Positions 63,985 to 64,000 of a DNA stretch of 64,000 bases are shown in pieces. Within the stretch, counting starts at the first letter, position 1. Each line of letters begins with the position of its first letter. The position numbers were made by a program, and so were the translations under genes. Location: the NCBI RefSeq assembly GCF_963506605.1, contig NC_083288.1:42966001-43030000 (forward strand), written 5' to 3'. Source of the stretch: Zootoca vivipara. Lineage: Eukaryota. The notes below the pieces were generated by a model. The model was not told where the DNA came from. It saw only the letters and a program-made list of their open reading frames with translations, and did no database searches.

Positions 63985-64000
63985 GTCCCTGGTTGTACAA

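Larger units (their letters stand above)
61452..64000 (+). repeat. Segmental duplication copy B (downstream of V2R-D)
   Basis: Colinear with 51159..53317; offset ~10.3 kb. Confidence 0.92.

Overview
Eukaryotic genomic DNA from a squamate reptile, probably a lacertid lizard; this is inferred from the Sauria SINEs, BovB, CR1 and Penelope-type repeats. The window holds a vomeronasal type-2 receptor (V2R, class C GPCR) cluster of four apparently intact six-exon genes. V2R-A is on the minus strand (11735..21529, 882 aa), head-to-head with three tandem plus-strand genes: V2R-B (27263..34658, 890 aa), V2R-C (37549..49115, 890 aa, with a 132-N gap in intron 3) and V2R-D (53748..61204, 888 aa). All exons have GT-AG boundaries and join in frame. 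To the left is a minus-strand two-Ig-domain gene with a split 34+39 nt leader typical of leukocyte-receptor-complex (LRC) genes (653..5723, candidate last exon 222..415). Main observations: (1) V2R-B and V2R-D look chimeric, sharing relic exon-4 and exon-3 pieces in intron 3 and a common 3' module; (2) a 253-bp copy of V2R-A exon 3 sits in its own intron 5, with a 9-bp direct repeat and microhomology at both ends; (3) the 7TM exons show patchwork similarity consistent with gene conversion; (4) a homeodomain-type motif lies upstream of all four V2Rs, with an O/E (EBF) site upstream of V2R-C; (5) a ~10.3-kb tandem duplication unit predicts a fifth V2R just beyond the window; (6) nested hAT elements have perfect 8-bp target-site duplications (TSDs). 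No rRNA, tRNA or CRISPR features were seen.
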